Assembly: GCA_051362555.1 (NCBI GenBank) | Contig: CM120640.1 | Span: forward strand, 620,001-684,000 | Direction of reading: 5' to 3' | Origin: Lingula anatina | Taxonomy: Eukaryota; Animalia; Brachiopoda | Length of the DNA stretch: 64,000 bases | Shown: positions 37,736 through 51,729 of the stretch, in pieces | How positions within the stretch are numbered: the first letter of the stretch is position 1 | Layout: each line of letters opens with the position of its first letter | Made by a program: the position numbers and the translations under genes | Notes under the pieces: model-generated | What the model saw: only the letters and a program-made list of their open reading frames with translations | The model's database searches: none | What the model was told of the DNA's origin: nothing

Positions 37736-39178
37736 ATTTGTCTTGATAATTCTTTTGTGTAAGAGAAAATCCTTACCAACTGATATTCTTGATAATATCG
37801 AGTTCATAAGAATTTAATATCTCGTTGTTATCAGCTATAAAATTATCCATGTGCTGTTTATAACGCCGATTTGAATACGTATTTAAATTAAATTTTTGAT
37901 GATGTATTCACACGGGTTGATTTATAAAAGCCATATCGAACAAGATAACAAGTGTTTTTTTTTTCATTCATTACTAATATATGGGAAAAAATCAAAGGAA
38001 ATTTGTCTAAAAAATCCATTTTAAATGTCAAGTCTGTACATTGCATCACATGAATTACTTGATTCAGCAAATCCCTCCAATGCATTAATAAGGTAATCAT
38101 CTTTTTCAAATCTAGGTAAAAGGGGCCGTTGTGTGTTCCAATTTGTTTACATCTCAATGGCAACGCAGTATTTAATTGCATATTTAATTCAGATTCGAAT
38201 AATTACTTCAGCGTGACGGTGTAGCACTTATTTCTGATTTGGTTAAAGTGAAAATGTCTTAACCACTTTCCCTAACCTGAAAACATGGGTGTGGGCACTT
38301 CAAGTTCCATGTTTGCTTGCCTAGTTAACGTAAGAGCAGTTCTGAAGGCAGGTTCTAAGTATCAGCAGATTGACTTGTATTAGACAGATACAGGGAAGAA
38401 ACAATAAAAGGTGGTACTCGGACACGATTCACAAAGTCAGTGCTACCAATCAGACAAGACATCTGATTTATCACATTCCCTGACCCTGAAAACATAGGTG
38501 TAGACACTTCATGTGTCATGTTTGCTTGCCTAGTTACAGAGATACAGAAGTAAAACGGTTTTTCAGTAATGGCGATCCTAATTTGCATATTTAGGAAAAT
38601 TGTGTAAATCTAATTCTAACAGAAATATCTTAATAATGTTCCTCGACCCGACCCTGAAAATATAGGTAAAGACACGTCATTTGTCATATTCGCCTGTTTA
38701 GTTCCAGAGATATTGCAGAAACTTATAAATCTGACGGCCATTTTGTTTTTTTGCAAATTAGACCGTTAAAAACGCAAAATTTCGCTTGGGAACCGGGTTA
38801 ATCGGATTCAGCATCCCAAAATTATGCTAATAAGCCTGGTTCCCAACTTTTACCCCAAAATGCCCCTTGCTTCTTATGCAGAGCCTTTTTTCAAAAATCT
38901 CACTAGACTATCAGTATTTTACCATTTTACGCGCCGCTCGGTCGTCAAGGTGTTCCTGCTCGAGCAACACAGGGTGACTCCCGCTCTCGCCACCAACACC
39001 AACCAATTATTGAACCGAGCAAATAATTTCTTCCTCTCCTTTAATATAGCAACTATAAAAATGAATATGGCTTGCAGAACTTCAGTTTGCCGTCCACGAA
39101 TGTATTATTAGCGCTGTTATGATACCAGCTATCACTGCATAATAAATTCAAATACAATCGTACAACGGCGTGACTTAA

Positions 39179-41595
39179 TTAAAGTTTCATCTGGCTCCTT
39201 ACAGACCGCAGAAGCAAGCAAAAGAAATGGTCGACTGAGAATCCATTTGACCATTTGGACTGTTTAACTTCCAAAGGAGGCAAATTGCTCCGAAAACTTC
39301 TCCTACAGTAGTTGGTTACTTTTGCGTTAATTTGTTTGAAATATTCGACTTCCTCGTGAAAATCCGCCCCCTGATCGTTGATTATTTTTGTTAGCCTCTT
39401 AGAATAGTGGGAATATAGGCGGCGATTAACGTTGGTGAAATTTGACAATAATTTATCCAACTCCTTGTCACTGCTTTCTGTACGGTTTCTCTTGCGATTT
39501 ATCATACGCTTGGTATATAGGATATCTTTCAGATCCCAGCAAAGCTCACGTTTTAAGAAAACGAGGCATTCGTCGAGATGTTCTATTAAAATTACGAAAT
39601 TATATCGTCTGTCTAAAAAATCTATGTATTTCATTATTTCTGTCTCATTGTCCGAATTCTCTTCCCGGAAACCACCTAAAAACTGCGCCATGTTGTTTCT
39701 GCGCATACCCACTGGTATTGAACTTCCGACCTTTCTTTTCCATTCATTGATAAATTTCGGAGAATCCCGGATATATTCCAACATATGATTATCAGTCTTG
39801 TATGTAAAGACTGGGTCTGTCCTTTTCTTGTAGTATGAAAATGCAGATCGAAATTGAGTAAAGGGTTCTCTAAGAAGCCCGATGAAATATGTGTCTTCGT
39901 GCATCACTGCAAGAAAATGGCTGTCACTGTACTTCACATGATGAAGAATCATATCAAATTTTGGTTTATCAAGGGTAGGTCCGAAGACGTCCCTTTTTCC
40001 TGCCACGGTCAAGTTGTTAAGAAATGCAAATCTCATGAATATATTAAAGACCGTAGTGGAACCACATTTGTGGACCTTCCGAACAACCACATGAGTTCGG
40101 GGTTGACATTGATTCCGCCTGGTCATTTCGAGCAGACGATTTTCTTCGTATTTTCTGAGAAAAGATGCATTCGCCGCCGATGTTGTCGTCACGTTACTTG
40201 GTAAACCGCTTCATCATTGAAACAGAAGACAGAAAAAACAATCAAACAAAAACATTTTCTATCTAAGAAATCATTCTGATACTAATCTAAGGGCAATAAA
40301 TATATTATAGTTACATGTTTAATATCCGTGATTTTCCCACGAAATGGATGTTTTGTACTATTTCTGATGAAACAGCTGAATGATTCATTTACACCGCCAT
40401 GTCGTACTGGTATTTCAGAGGAAATCTCGACATCAGGTACAAGTAATTATAGCGTTTTATCGTTTTTGAAGGTCGAAACTGGGGCAGATGATTAAGTTTA
40501 TTTTCCGGATGGGAGAGACCAGACAAGTTGGCCACGTTAGACACTTCTGTTCTTTTTCAGTCAACTGGGAACAAGAAATAGAGCAACAAAACCGGTTTTA
40601 GGACTAGCGCCAAGGATTGAGCTACAAATGCAATGCCATTGATTTGCAAGTGCACATGATTTAGCCTACAATTTGACAAGACACACCCCATGACAGGTGG
40701 GGCAGGTACGAATATTATACGTATTGCAGTCAGCAGTGCATGCAAATGCTAAGGAGTATGTTTTTCGCATTTTCATTTTATTACATTGAATTTTTAGCCT
40801 TCCCTAAATTTTTAGTTCTATGCAAGCATTGCCTTCAATATTTTACATTTGCTTTGAAGAAAAAAAATAATAAGAGCCCAAATAACTATGAATCAACCAG
40901 GGTTCAACTTGCCCCGAGCCAAGTGGTCCAACAAACCCCTGGTGCACATTTTTATTCTACAGGGTTGCAGCCAATTTTGGGACTAAAATGCCGTAAACGC
41001 ATCCTTTATACTATCATGAAAATAGACTTTAAACCCTCTTCAACAAAGTTACTTTGCTTTCAGATGCAAAAAAACGGTTCATTTGGACTCATATTTTCGT
41101 TCAAGGAAACGGTTTTTCACGATCAACGATTCCATGGTATTGTGGGATTTGGTGAAGGTACAAGATCAAATTTTGTACAACATAGGATATTTTTGGACAA
41201 GAGGCTAGGGACCAGCTTACCCCAGCGTCCAACTAACTGCGGTATCCCGGCCTAAGTGAAAAAAGTGAATTTTGGAACATTTTCAAAAGCGTGCAGTATA
41301 CCTTACACATTGCCAACTTATAATTTTCAAAGCTGCCTCTGTACCTTCTGTATTTTCTCATCGTACTAGGTACCATGTAACATGTAAAAACGATATTTTA
41401 CCTTTGCAAGATAACACTCATCTCGGCGTCTGTATTCTCCAGTGTCCTATGGTACACGACCGGACGTGAGAAAGTTTTACTGGTTGTGGTAGTTATTACA
41501 TAAACCACAGTGATTAAACCCACCGCTAAAATAACGATTAGCATATACAACTGAAGGCGACCAACAGATATTGTCCTGTAACACTGCTCAGCCAT
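39179..41595 (-). CDS. Galactose-3-O-sulfotransferase (GAL3ST/cerebroside sulfotransferase)-like paralog A, 407 aa
   Basis: Exons 41595-41402 (type II TM anchor, phase-2 donor AG|GTAAAA) and 40208-39179. 5'-PSB motif RKVHKCGSTT, 3'-PB motif LLREPFTQFRSAFSYY, family motif EHLDECLVFLKRELCWDLKDILY. Confidence 0.9.
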
Positions 41596-41730
41596 TGGTA
41601 GTTAGAGTTCATGCAATCCAAAAATGTGTAGAACAATTAGTTTTAAATGTGCCTTGAAGAAACTCACTGATTGCTTTATAAAGTCATAAAATTACCCATG
41701 TACACGTATGAGAGATACTTCACACACCTT

Positions 41731-41977
41731 GGGTTGCGTTCACAATTAACCTATCGTAGTAGCTGGTGCGCACTCACTCAACGTACAGGAACTCTTGCTG
41801 AATGCAACCAGATTAACACGCTTCTTCTTGTTTCTAAAGTACTTGTATAATCACCAGAATTTTTGTATTCTATTCAACTCGAGGTGGGGTGTTCATGTGG
41901 TTGCATTCGACGAGAGTCCCCGTACGTGGAGTTAGTGCGTACTTAGCTGGTTCGATGGATTCATTGTGAACACAGCC
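41731..41977. mobile_element. Palindromic MITE family 2, full-length copy upstream of paralog A
   Basis: GGTTGCGTTCACAAT ... ATTGTGAACACAGCC ends; arms contain CTCTTGCTGAATGCAACC / GGTTGCATTCGACGAGAG. Absent from the homologous upstream region of paralog B. Confidence 0.65.
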
Positions 41978-42475
41978 TTCGCGCCTCTTAATTCACAGCT
42001 GTCACATAGTGCTATGTCTAATTTAGCAGTGAGCGTTTTCACAAGATGCAGGAAAGCCACCATTCTCATCTCTTCTGACATGCTTTATTTACACTCTTGC
42101 TGGAAATAGTGGAATATTTGAAAAGAAGTTTACATCTGTGATTCCAGTCATGCTCCACCAATACAAAATGCATCGTTGAACCAGTTCGTTATCTTTATGA
42201 TTTATACGGTGGATATTTTTGTTTATCCGATAGAGCAACGTCACATAAGAGAAATAGAAATCTAATACTGGACTTATGAACCTGATAACGATGCGGTGCC
42301 GATCGCAATGTGTTATATATTGATGAGGGAAATTATTTAATTAAAAACTTGGCTTATAGTTAATAAGAACTGGAAATTGTCTACTGCACCTTCATTGTTT
42401 TCATTTTTAAAAAATCTTTGCAATCATTGCCAAGAGGCAATTAATTAACACGCACAAACAGGAAAGAAACTGCAC

Positions 42476-42556
42476 CAGTAGCGGATTTAGAGGGGGTCAT
42501 GGGGGTCCTGACCCCCCCCCCCCCCTTCGGTTTCTGAAAATATCACACTAATAGTC
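42476..42556 (-). mobile_element. Terminal fragment of MITE family 1
   Basis: CAGTAGCGGATTTAGAGGGGG..GGGGGTCCTGACCCCCC is the reverse complement of the right end of 691-938. Confidence 0.6.
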
Positions 42557-43186
42557 ATAGTAAAAAAAGTAACCTATCTAGGAACGCTCCGTGTCGGCTT
42601 CTCAAATAAGTGCTCGTGCACATGATGAACTTTAACATCATTGATGATAATATCATGTTTGCATACTCTCGATGCGCGGGATGAAATACACATGTACGGC
42701 TCATGGCCTATTGATTGCTATGGCAACATATACATTAACAGCCCAAATGGCCTTCTCTGTGAGAAAGGAGAAAGTTTTCATTTGATACACACCCTTCCAA
42801 CGAAGCTTCTGCGGCTCCGTGGTAGCTCAGCCGTCTTGTAAACAGCTCAACACAGCTAGACGCGGGTTCGAATTCTAAAATTTACATTGTGATTATTTTG
42901 CTCGAAATAATTTCTAAAAATTGCGTTTGATTTCTATAAGAAGAAACTCGTAAGTATGGAGGATAGGCGGCTCAGTTACGGCGCAGGCGGTAGCGTGCTT
43001 AGTTGCAGAAAATTACCAACCCATAAGCAAACCATGTAATGGTGACGGCAAATCACGAGTTCAAATCCCAGATGACGCACGTCAGCTCACCACAACAACG
43101 AGCTGGTCCCGCAGTCGAAAATAAATGCAGGCATTCGTGTGTCCGAGCAAATTCCCTTTTATTTTTGTATAATTTGGTATCCGGTA

Positions 43187-43490
43187 TAATGACCTCCGCC
43201 AAGGAGGTTATGTTTTCACGTCTGTTTGTCTGTTTGTCTGTCTGTCATCAACATAAATCAGAAAGTTATGGACCGATTTTGATGAAATTTTCAGGAACTG
43301 TCAGAAGTGGGCCAAGAGATTATTAGTTTTTGGTGGTGATCCAGATCAATAATCATTCAATAATCAATAATCAAAAATTAATCATCAACATAACTCAAAA
43401 AGTTATGGACCGATTTTGATGAAATTTTCAGGGTAGGTCAGAAATGGGATAATTTAGAAGTGATTAGTTTTTGGTGGTGATCCGGATCAA
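43187..43490 (+). mobile_element. Helentron/DINE-1-like non-autonomous element, 3'-truncated
   Basis: 5' hairpin ACCTCCGCCAAGGAGGTTATGTTTT, a (GTTT/GTCT)n microsatellite, then two ~139-bp core repeats (AAAGTTATGGACCGATTTTGATGAAATTTTCAGG ... TTTTGGTGGTGATCC.GATC). This is the known layout of HINE/DINE-type elements. Confidence 0.75.
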
Positions 43491-43650
43491 TATTTGCAAA
43501 ACCAAAATATGCAGTTTGTGAATGCTTTTAGCACGCTTTTATAATTGTATCCGACACTACAATGTGTAACTACTTCAAATACTATTGCATAATGGCCAGT
43601 CACTTTCAATTTTCAGTACTTCTACAATACACATGGGAATATTTTCGCCT

Positions 43651-46131
43651 TCACTGCGTTTCCCATCCAGGAAAAAGAAGTTTCGTTTGAGCAATTGCAA
43701 AATTCAGGAACCAGCAAAAGAGGTAGTCTACTGAGAATCCATTTGACCATTTTGACTGCTTTACTACTAGTGGAGGCAAATTGTACTGTAAACTCTTATT
43801 ACAGTAGTTCGTTACTTTTGGGTTAATTCTTTTGAAATATTGGACTTCCTCTTGAAAATCCACTCCCTGGTCGTTGATTATTTTTGAAAGTCTGTCAGAA
43901 AAGTGAGAATATAGGCGGCGATTAACGTTGGTAAAATTTGACAATAACTTCTCCAACTGCTTGTCATTGGTTTCTGTAGGGTCTATAGGGCGATAAACCA
44001 TACGATTGGTATATAGGATATCTTTCAGATCCCAGCAAAGTGCACGTTTTAAGAAAACAAGGCATTCGTCGAGATGTTCTATTAAAATTACGAAATCATA
44101 TCGTCTGTCTAAAAAATCTATGTATTTCATTATTTCTCTCTCATTGTCCGAATCACTTTCCCGGAAACCACCTAAAAACTGCGCCATGTTGTTTCTGCGT
44201 AGACCGGGTAGCATTGAACTTCCGACCTTTCTTTTCCATTCATTGATAAATTTAGGATAATCCTGGATATATTCCAACATGTGATTATCAGTCTTGTACG
44301 TTAAGACTGGGTCTGTCCTTTTTTTGTAGTATGAAAATGCAGATCGAAATTGGGAAATGGGTTCTCTAAGAAGCCCGATGAAATACGTGTCTTCGTGCAG
44401 CACTGCAAGAAAATGGCTGTCACTGTACTTCACATGATGAAGAATCATATCAAATTTTGGTTTATCAAGGCTAGGTCCGAAGACGTCCCTTTTTCCTGCC
44501 ACGGTCAAGTTATTAAGAAATGCAAACCTCACGAATATATTAGAGACCGTAGTGGAACCACATTTGTGGACCTTCCGAACAACCACATGAGTTCGGGGTT
44601 TGCAGTGATTCCGCCGCGCCATTTCTAGCAGACGATTTTGTTCTCTTTTCCTGAAGGAAGATATATTTGCCACCGTAATGTTGATCCGGTTACTTGGTAA
44701 GCCGCTTCATCATTGAATCAGAAGATAAAAACGCAATTAATAAGCAGAAAACGTTTTATTCTATCTGCAAAATCGGTAATATTTTACGGACAATAAATAT
44801 ATTATAGGTACATGTATACTATCCATGATTTTTGCACCAAATCTTCTTTGTACTATTTCTAATGACACAACTTCAAGATTTATTCAGACTGTCACTTGAG
44901 AAGGATCAACATCAGTTACTTTTATTTTATCAACTTTAAGGTCTGAATTGCAATAGAGAAGTAGCTTTTCACTATATATATAAATTTCAGTATAAACACA
45001 CACATATTATAGCCTATTCTTGGTCAAAAAGGCTATCCTACCTTTAGTCACATGCGCTTTTGTTAACAACTGATCACATGACAGCGACAAACCGTTCAGA
45101 AAAGTGTTTTTTAATTTTTTCCATATAAAGTATTTAACATGACTTAGGCTTGAATAAATTATTTTCTTTACCTCAAGTCATGTTAAAGGCACAAATAATA
45201 GCATTTAGAACGTATTATATGTACATGGGTTGCTTCTTGTTGAACTTATTTGAGGACAATTAAACGTATATACATAAAATGACAGATAAAAGCCTTAATA
45301 ATCAATATCGCAAAAATATCACATTCACCCATCCTTTTAAAATCTTGGTAGTCAGACATCTTGACAGAGTTAAGCCTCTTCTTCCATATGTTGCCTTTTC
45401 CCACCAACACGAACTGGTTTTAATCAGGTCACAGAACGAGAGTCTCGCGATATCCTAAAGTCTACAGAGCTCAAGCATGTTAATGGCCTCCATACTTGAC
45501 AACCCATTGCAGAAGCGTGGGTTATTATTAATTGCTTTTTTCCCCAAAATTTTACTAGGTAATGTAGAGTGTCAATTGCGGAAATGTCCCGTTTACCCCG
45601 GGATGATTCGTCAAATATGAATTCTCGCGCAAAATCCTCTTATGTGTACGTTTAAATTTGTTATAGCGACTAAAAACTCTTTTTCAGTTAACAGCTGTCA
45701 CGCAACATTTGCAAACAAAAGCACATAGCACTAAGGTGAGACAACTTTTTTGACCAAGAGTGCATATAGACTAAAATGGCCTATGTGAAAAATATCAGTT
45801 TGGGACATTTCCAGAAGCGAATAGTATACCTAACATAATGTCAGCTTATGCTTTCCAAAGCTGCTTCTCTGCTTACACATGTTTAACACACCAGAAAAAA
45901 GATGGCACTACAGTACCATGTTATAAACATTATGTACCTTGTCAAGATAGCGCTCGTCTTCGCAGCTGTTTTCCCCCATGTCCTATGGTACGCAGCAGGA
46001 GGTGATAAAGTTTTACTGCTTGTGGTGGTTATTACATAGATCACAGTGAGTAAAACCATCGCTAAGGTGATGATGAGTATAAACAGCTGATGGTGGCCAT
46101 CAAGAATTGGCCTGTTGGACTTCCCAGCCAT
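43651..46131 (-). CDS. GAL3ST-like paralog B, 415 aa (recent tandem duplicate of A)
   Basis: Exons 46131-45938 (TM anchor, 194 nt as in A, phase 2) and 44704-43651. Motifs RKVHKCGSTT, LLREPISQFRSAFSYY and LKRALCWDLKDILY. Confidence 0.9.
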
Positions 46132-48172
46132 TGGTCGTTAGAGTTCATGTAAATCACCCCGTGTAGGGTGTCATATACTTTGATATATCACTGATAGTTT
46201 TTAGGAAATAAAAAAAACAAAAATGCCACAAGCACAGAGTGGATGGATAATAAGATATTGTGTATATTCACAGCTGTCACACAGAATAATATCTAATATA
46301 AATACAACTGACGTAGAGCAGTGATGTGCTTTCCTATCCATTCTCTGCTGTCATTATTTATTTACATTCTCGCTAAAATGGTGGAATATTTTAAAAGAAT
46401 ATTACATCTGTGATTCCAGTGCGGCCCAACTACATCACGCAACCAGCTCATTAGGCCCGTTGATCTTGTTGACAATTCCACAAGCAATTTCAAGGAGAAA
46501 AAACAAGTCCTTCTACACAACCTTTTAATCTCCATGAAGGACTATGAGACGGGGAATTGTCACCCTTGAAATGTACAGAACATAATTTGACTTGCTACAG
46601 CACACACCATGTGGGGAACCCCCTTTAGACCATCCCGCCCCCGCCCCCCACATAACATTAAATAACTTTTTATGATAAAACCCTAGAGGTTTGGCTACAA
46701 TGGGCCACCATCTTTGGATAACGCTATCTGTAATACTCCTACAGAGATTCGATCCCAGGTTCCTTGTCTTAAATTCTGCACACGGAAAAGAATGAAGCGA
46801 CTCCATGTTGTAACTTTAACAGAATATATTTTGCTAAGCTAAAAGTTACATGATACAAGTATCACTTCTCTCTCCTCCTCTCTCCACATTATGCACTCAC
46901 TTCTCTATATATTCTCCCCCTCTAGATTTAAGTTTACAGATTTTTATACTAAACTTTATCAACTAAATTGTCAATCACATAACTTAAAAACTGATTGGTT
47001 ACTTCATACACAAGTCCACCCACTCCTGGTGGGCACTCCTAATAACACCCTGTAATCAAAGTCTAGCAGATTACTAGCTTTGAAACAAAAGACATTAAAA
47101 TTTGAACTGCAAGGTGTGAAGTATTATCTGAAGCTACTTATACAACTTGGCTTCCCATGTATGAATTTTATCACACAATGGCTTCCTCTGATTGAGTTAA
47201 TACAACATCATGTATGAAAGTTTTAAAAGTACTGATTACACTTTTTTCTATACTGTGGTTCCTGACAACCAGTGATTAGAATGAAGCATGCACGTGTTCC
47301 TCACAGCTTTGTTACAAAGCTTATACAACTGTATTTAGTTGTGTTTGGTTGTCATTGCGACAGCCTTCTATATCAAAGGTTTTGCGACATAAAAGTTATC
47401 ATAATGCTTTCTAAGCAAAGAGAGTAGCTATCGTTCATCTACCCTTGTTGATGTTACTATTTCTTTTTCGGATTTACGTTTACCTTCCACAAATGGACAA
47501 AACGTAGATTTTTATAGTGGGAGCTATTCTTTTTATTCTTTTTTCTAGAAAACAGTTGCTGTTTCCAAGGACGATAATTCTGCATCTTTGGAAAATATCA
47601 GTAGATTTGGTGTTCTGGCTCATCCGCTAGAGTGATCAATATCACATATGAAAAAAAAAAAAACAAAAACAAATATAATACTGGGCTTGCGAAGATGCGT
47701 TATCAACGATGTCCAGTATTAGACGTTTTATTTTTTTTATTGCCCAAAAAGGGTAGTTTAGGCGTTATTTAAATACAAGTTCCGCAATGTTTCCTTCAGC
47801 TAAAGCCAAATCGACTAACAATTGGTCTCTATCGTTGGCCCCAGGAAAGTCCATTCATTGTTTCCATTTATCCTTACAATCACTGCTGAGCGGCAATAAT
47901 ATGACACGCACTGTAAACGTGATAGTAACTGCACTTATGTATATAATAACCCCGTTCATAGACGATATACGGAATTTAAAAGATACTGGCCGGTGGTACT
48001 TAACTGTTTATTTTTTATATTGGAATCAAATCTCTCGTGAATCCAAATGTATGCATCCAAAGTGTTTATAAAAAGATAAGAAATAGAAAAATCAAGGCTT
48101 TTAGATTTGGCGACAAGTGATGTTTTAGCGTTCACGTTTATCATCCTCAAAAGCATTAAAGCATAAAAAATG

Positions 48173-50294
48173 TCAACCTTGAAACACCTTTCTTGCATTT
48201 TTCATAATCCAACAGAAAGGACAGGTAACAGTCATCTCCATGGACCAGGGGGTGGCATCCGCATGGAACGCAGGCTTAGTAGCAGGGTGGGGCAGTAAAG
48301 TGTAGGAACATTGTTTGCAGTATGTGGACAGTTCTTCGTTTGTTTTCTTAAACATTTTTACCTCTTCAAAAAAGTCTTTGCCTTGTGCCTGCACTTGCTG
48401 GACAAATCTTTGCTGGAAATAATCATACAGTTTATAGTTCAATGAACTCCAGTTTCTGTGCATTTCCAAGAGTTCATTGTCGATTAAATGGTCGTATGAA
48501 TACTGTGATGTCAGTCTACTTTCGTATACTATGTCTTGAAAATCCCAGCAAAGCATTCGCTTCATTAAAACTAAACTTTCGTCAAAATATTCCACTAAAA
48601 TTACGATATCAAACATATTAACTACTCGTTCCATAAACTCTTGAATTGCTATCTCATTATCAGAATCTTCTTCGCGAAATCCAAATTCATTGGCAATGTT
48701 GTTTCGTTTCAATCCAGGTGGCAGTTGCTGCACAGTTTTCAATATTTGATATCTTGTCATGAATTCTTTTAGAAAATTATTTGACTGCAACTGGGACTGG
48801 ATCTTGCCTCTGTGATAATGCAAAGATGAGACATATTGTGCCAGAGGATTTCGGATGAAACCAACAGAAATGACGTCACTGTCCATCATTTTACGCAACA
48901 ACTCGTCATTCTGGTAACCAAACTGGGTAATGACGTCATATTTGAACAAATGGTCCCCATTCTGATCTAGCGAACGAACAACGCTAGGCGTCGCAACACT
49001 CAAATCGTGTAAGAAGGCAAAGGTAAGAATTATGTTGCCGACGGTGGTGGAGGCGCACCTGTGTACTTTTGTGACTTTTACGTGAGTCTTTGGATAGCAC
49101 TGGTATACTTTATGGATGCCTATGGGTCGTTTCAAAGTTTCTAAGGCCTCTAAACCCTCAACAGGGAGCATGGACTTTGCTTCAACGTTTCTGAAAAAAA
49201 AAAAAAAGGGGGAACTGTATGATGATTGCGATAAGCATAATTATAAAATGAACAAGGAATACATTTCGGGGTCAAAACAAATCGAGCCCTTTAAGATGAG
49301 GACCAAACCCTCTAAAGTATTGAACGTCTTCTTCCCAACACACGCACGCACACACACATTTATGTGCACATACACACTCACTCAAGCACGCACACACGCA
49401 GGAACGCACACACGCAAATTAAAACTAAAGAAAAGATGGGAACAGCATTTTCTCAGGCATTATTACTTGCAATAATAAGGCTAGCACTACATCATAGCCT
49501 CTATTACAATATAAGGTCCCTCAAATTTCAAGAAAATTGTTGGGCTTAAACTTTAATATTGGTCGCTTTGCATAAAAGTTCCCGCTGCACTGGAAGCACA
49601 CTTGCATACATCGCACAAATAGTTTAACACTCAAACACTCCTCTTTGTGGATCACCATACAGTTCACGTCAAATGACACAAAAAGGAGTGCCAACGCATG
49701 AATTTTCAAGGACTAGGATTGAGCGTGCATCAAATAATAACCAAAAGACATAAGAGGAACGCTGGCGTTTGAAAAGTGATAATTTAAAGAAAAATATGTA
49801 CAAATTAAATCTTTGTAACACTTGTAAAACGTAAAATTGGATGTTTAGCATTACCCTTTGTTCTCATCTACTGATTGGCCGAAGGTGTCGACTCTCTGAA
49901 AACTACCCTGACCTTCACCTTGGGCTAAAGTGTCAATGGCGGAACCAAACCCTTCGTTTCCTGTGTTTTGTAGGAGGTTGGGTAGTAAAGCATCACTTAA
50001 GCCTGGACTTTGTCCGCTCTGGTCCTGCGCCGGTTGTTTATCTTGCATAAAAAAACTCATATCGGTAAAATTTACAATGGGCATACCCCCCTCATCCTGT
50101 GGCTGATTCAGCATCTGAGAATTTTCTATTAAATTGACTGTTTTAGCAATGTTATTGACATTTTCAGCACTGGTGTGTTTCATGTAAAATTCCCTGTAAG
50201 TGGCAAAGAGTTGGTAAGTTACGATAATCCCATACACAGCTACGGCCATGGTCACTCCTAACACCAGTTTTTGTATTGAGAGACGTCTCTCCAT
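48173..50294 (-). CDS. GAL3ST-like paralog C, 485 aa
   Basis: Exons 50294-49855 (MERRLSIQKLVLGVTMAVAVYGIIVTY TM plus stem, phase-2 donor GG|GTAATG) and 49190-48173. Motifs TKVHRCASTT, FIRNPLAQYVSSLHY and EYFDESLVLMKRMLCWDFQDIVY. Confidence 0.88.
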
Positions 50295-51729
50295 ATTGTA
50301 TTTCTGGTGGCACAAGATTCGTCGACTTGGATGCTTCTCATTTAGTATTCTCTAACTGCATACCAATTAATGTTGTAATATTTGTTGCAAATATATGTCA
50401 ATAGCATCTCTGATGAATACATGTAGCCATGTTTGCCAAGTGTCCACAATTACTATACATCAGTGTCACATCAGTGAAACGCAAATGTTAAGCATGTTAT
50501 ACATTATTTATGCTTGCTTACATCGTACAATATCACTTATCTATATGTGCCGTGTGGTGTGCGAATACTTAACCATGCGATTTTAAAGCTAGTGTTGGCG
50601 TAGACAACATAATATTTTATTCATTTTCGCATGGTCTATTTTCGGAGACAGCAACATTTCATAAGTCTGTCGCGGAATTAAAAAATTCGGATCAGCATCA
50701 GTTCTACTTAGCATTATCTTTTTCTGCCATGGTTACCCACAATAATTCATATATGTGCGCCTGTTTCACGTGGTTGGTGAATTTGAGCGCTCTTGGCCGG
50801 AGGTCTTTCAATTCACAACTATATATATATATATATTATTAAATCTTTTTCAGATACAGTTTTACTCGGAAGAAATTAAGGATGGCTAAACCTAAAGCAA
50901 TAATCAAGGATATAATTACTATAAATCATGGTTATTTAGAAGGAAATCTCAACTAGGTCATAAATATATACATGTAGATTTGATTAATTTTTAATACAAA
51001 GCATGGTATATATTTACGTAAATAACAAACGAAAATACATGTATAATTTGTATTTTATAATACGTCTTTGATCATTATGTATAAAAGGACGTTGTAGTAT
51101 TTTTAATCAGAATGCTATCGGTAACAGGCAAATAATAACAAATATGTTTATTATATTGAAAATGGCCATTTGATTTGTTATCATATCGTCAGACCAAAAG
51201 TTTAGGATATGTTTACCGGGTGGTTGGTACTGTATGTAGTACGTAATCTTTCAATTTTTAATCGATTTCATATAAAACAGTAAGTTAAAGCCAAGAAAAG
51301 AGCTAATTAGCAGTTCATCCTGTGAAATTTGAAAACAACACAAATAGTGACCGTGCATTTGGCTTGAAAGACATCAATTCAAGAAAACGTAATTTATTTT
51401 ACTTCCATATTTACCAATTTTTTCTTAATATTCCAAATATATAGGCCATATCTTAAATGCATTGCAAGACAATTAAATGCTGAGCTTTTGTATTAAGGGC
51501 ATAGAAAGCAAGACAGCAGTTTACTTTCATACAACCATTCGTATCAACATATTCATATCAGTCACCAGGGTCTTAAATAAGCATATCATACATTCCCTGT
51601 ACTGTTCGTTAAACCCAATAAGCAATATAATCTCAGTAAGCGTCCCTCTCATATCTCACAGATAATTGATTTTTTTAAACGTATATGTGCTGCAGTTAAC
51701 AAAAATTGACTCGCTTTAAAATCAACTCC

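Larger units (their letters stand above)
35137..38910. mobile_element. 3.8-kb DNA transposon with ~570-bp terminal inverted repeats (35137-35709 / 38328-38910)
   Basis: Termini TAGTCTAGTG...CACTAGACTA, with TCA on both outer flanks (35134-35136, 38911-38913). TIRs look >90% identical by eye and carry internal direct repeats of TGACA(A/C)ATGAAGTGTCT..ACCTAT.TT.TCAGGGTC; an extra unit lies at ~38265-38326. Superfamily uncertain. Confidence 0.85.

Noticed and set aside
40740-41255. 171-aa plus-strand ORF in the intron of paralog A
   Set aside because: No recognisable domain, non-coding-like composition and no supporting splice structure.
42811-42876. tRNA-like A/B boxes (TGGTAGCTCAG ... GGTTCGAATTC)
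   Set aside because: No cloverleaf or acceptor stem can be built; at most a decayed tRNA-derived SINE head.
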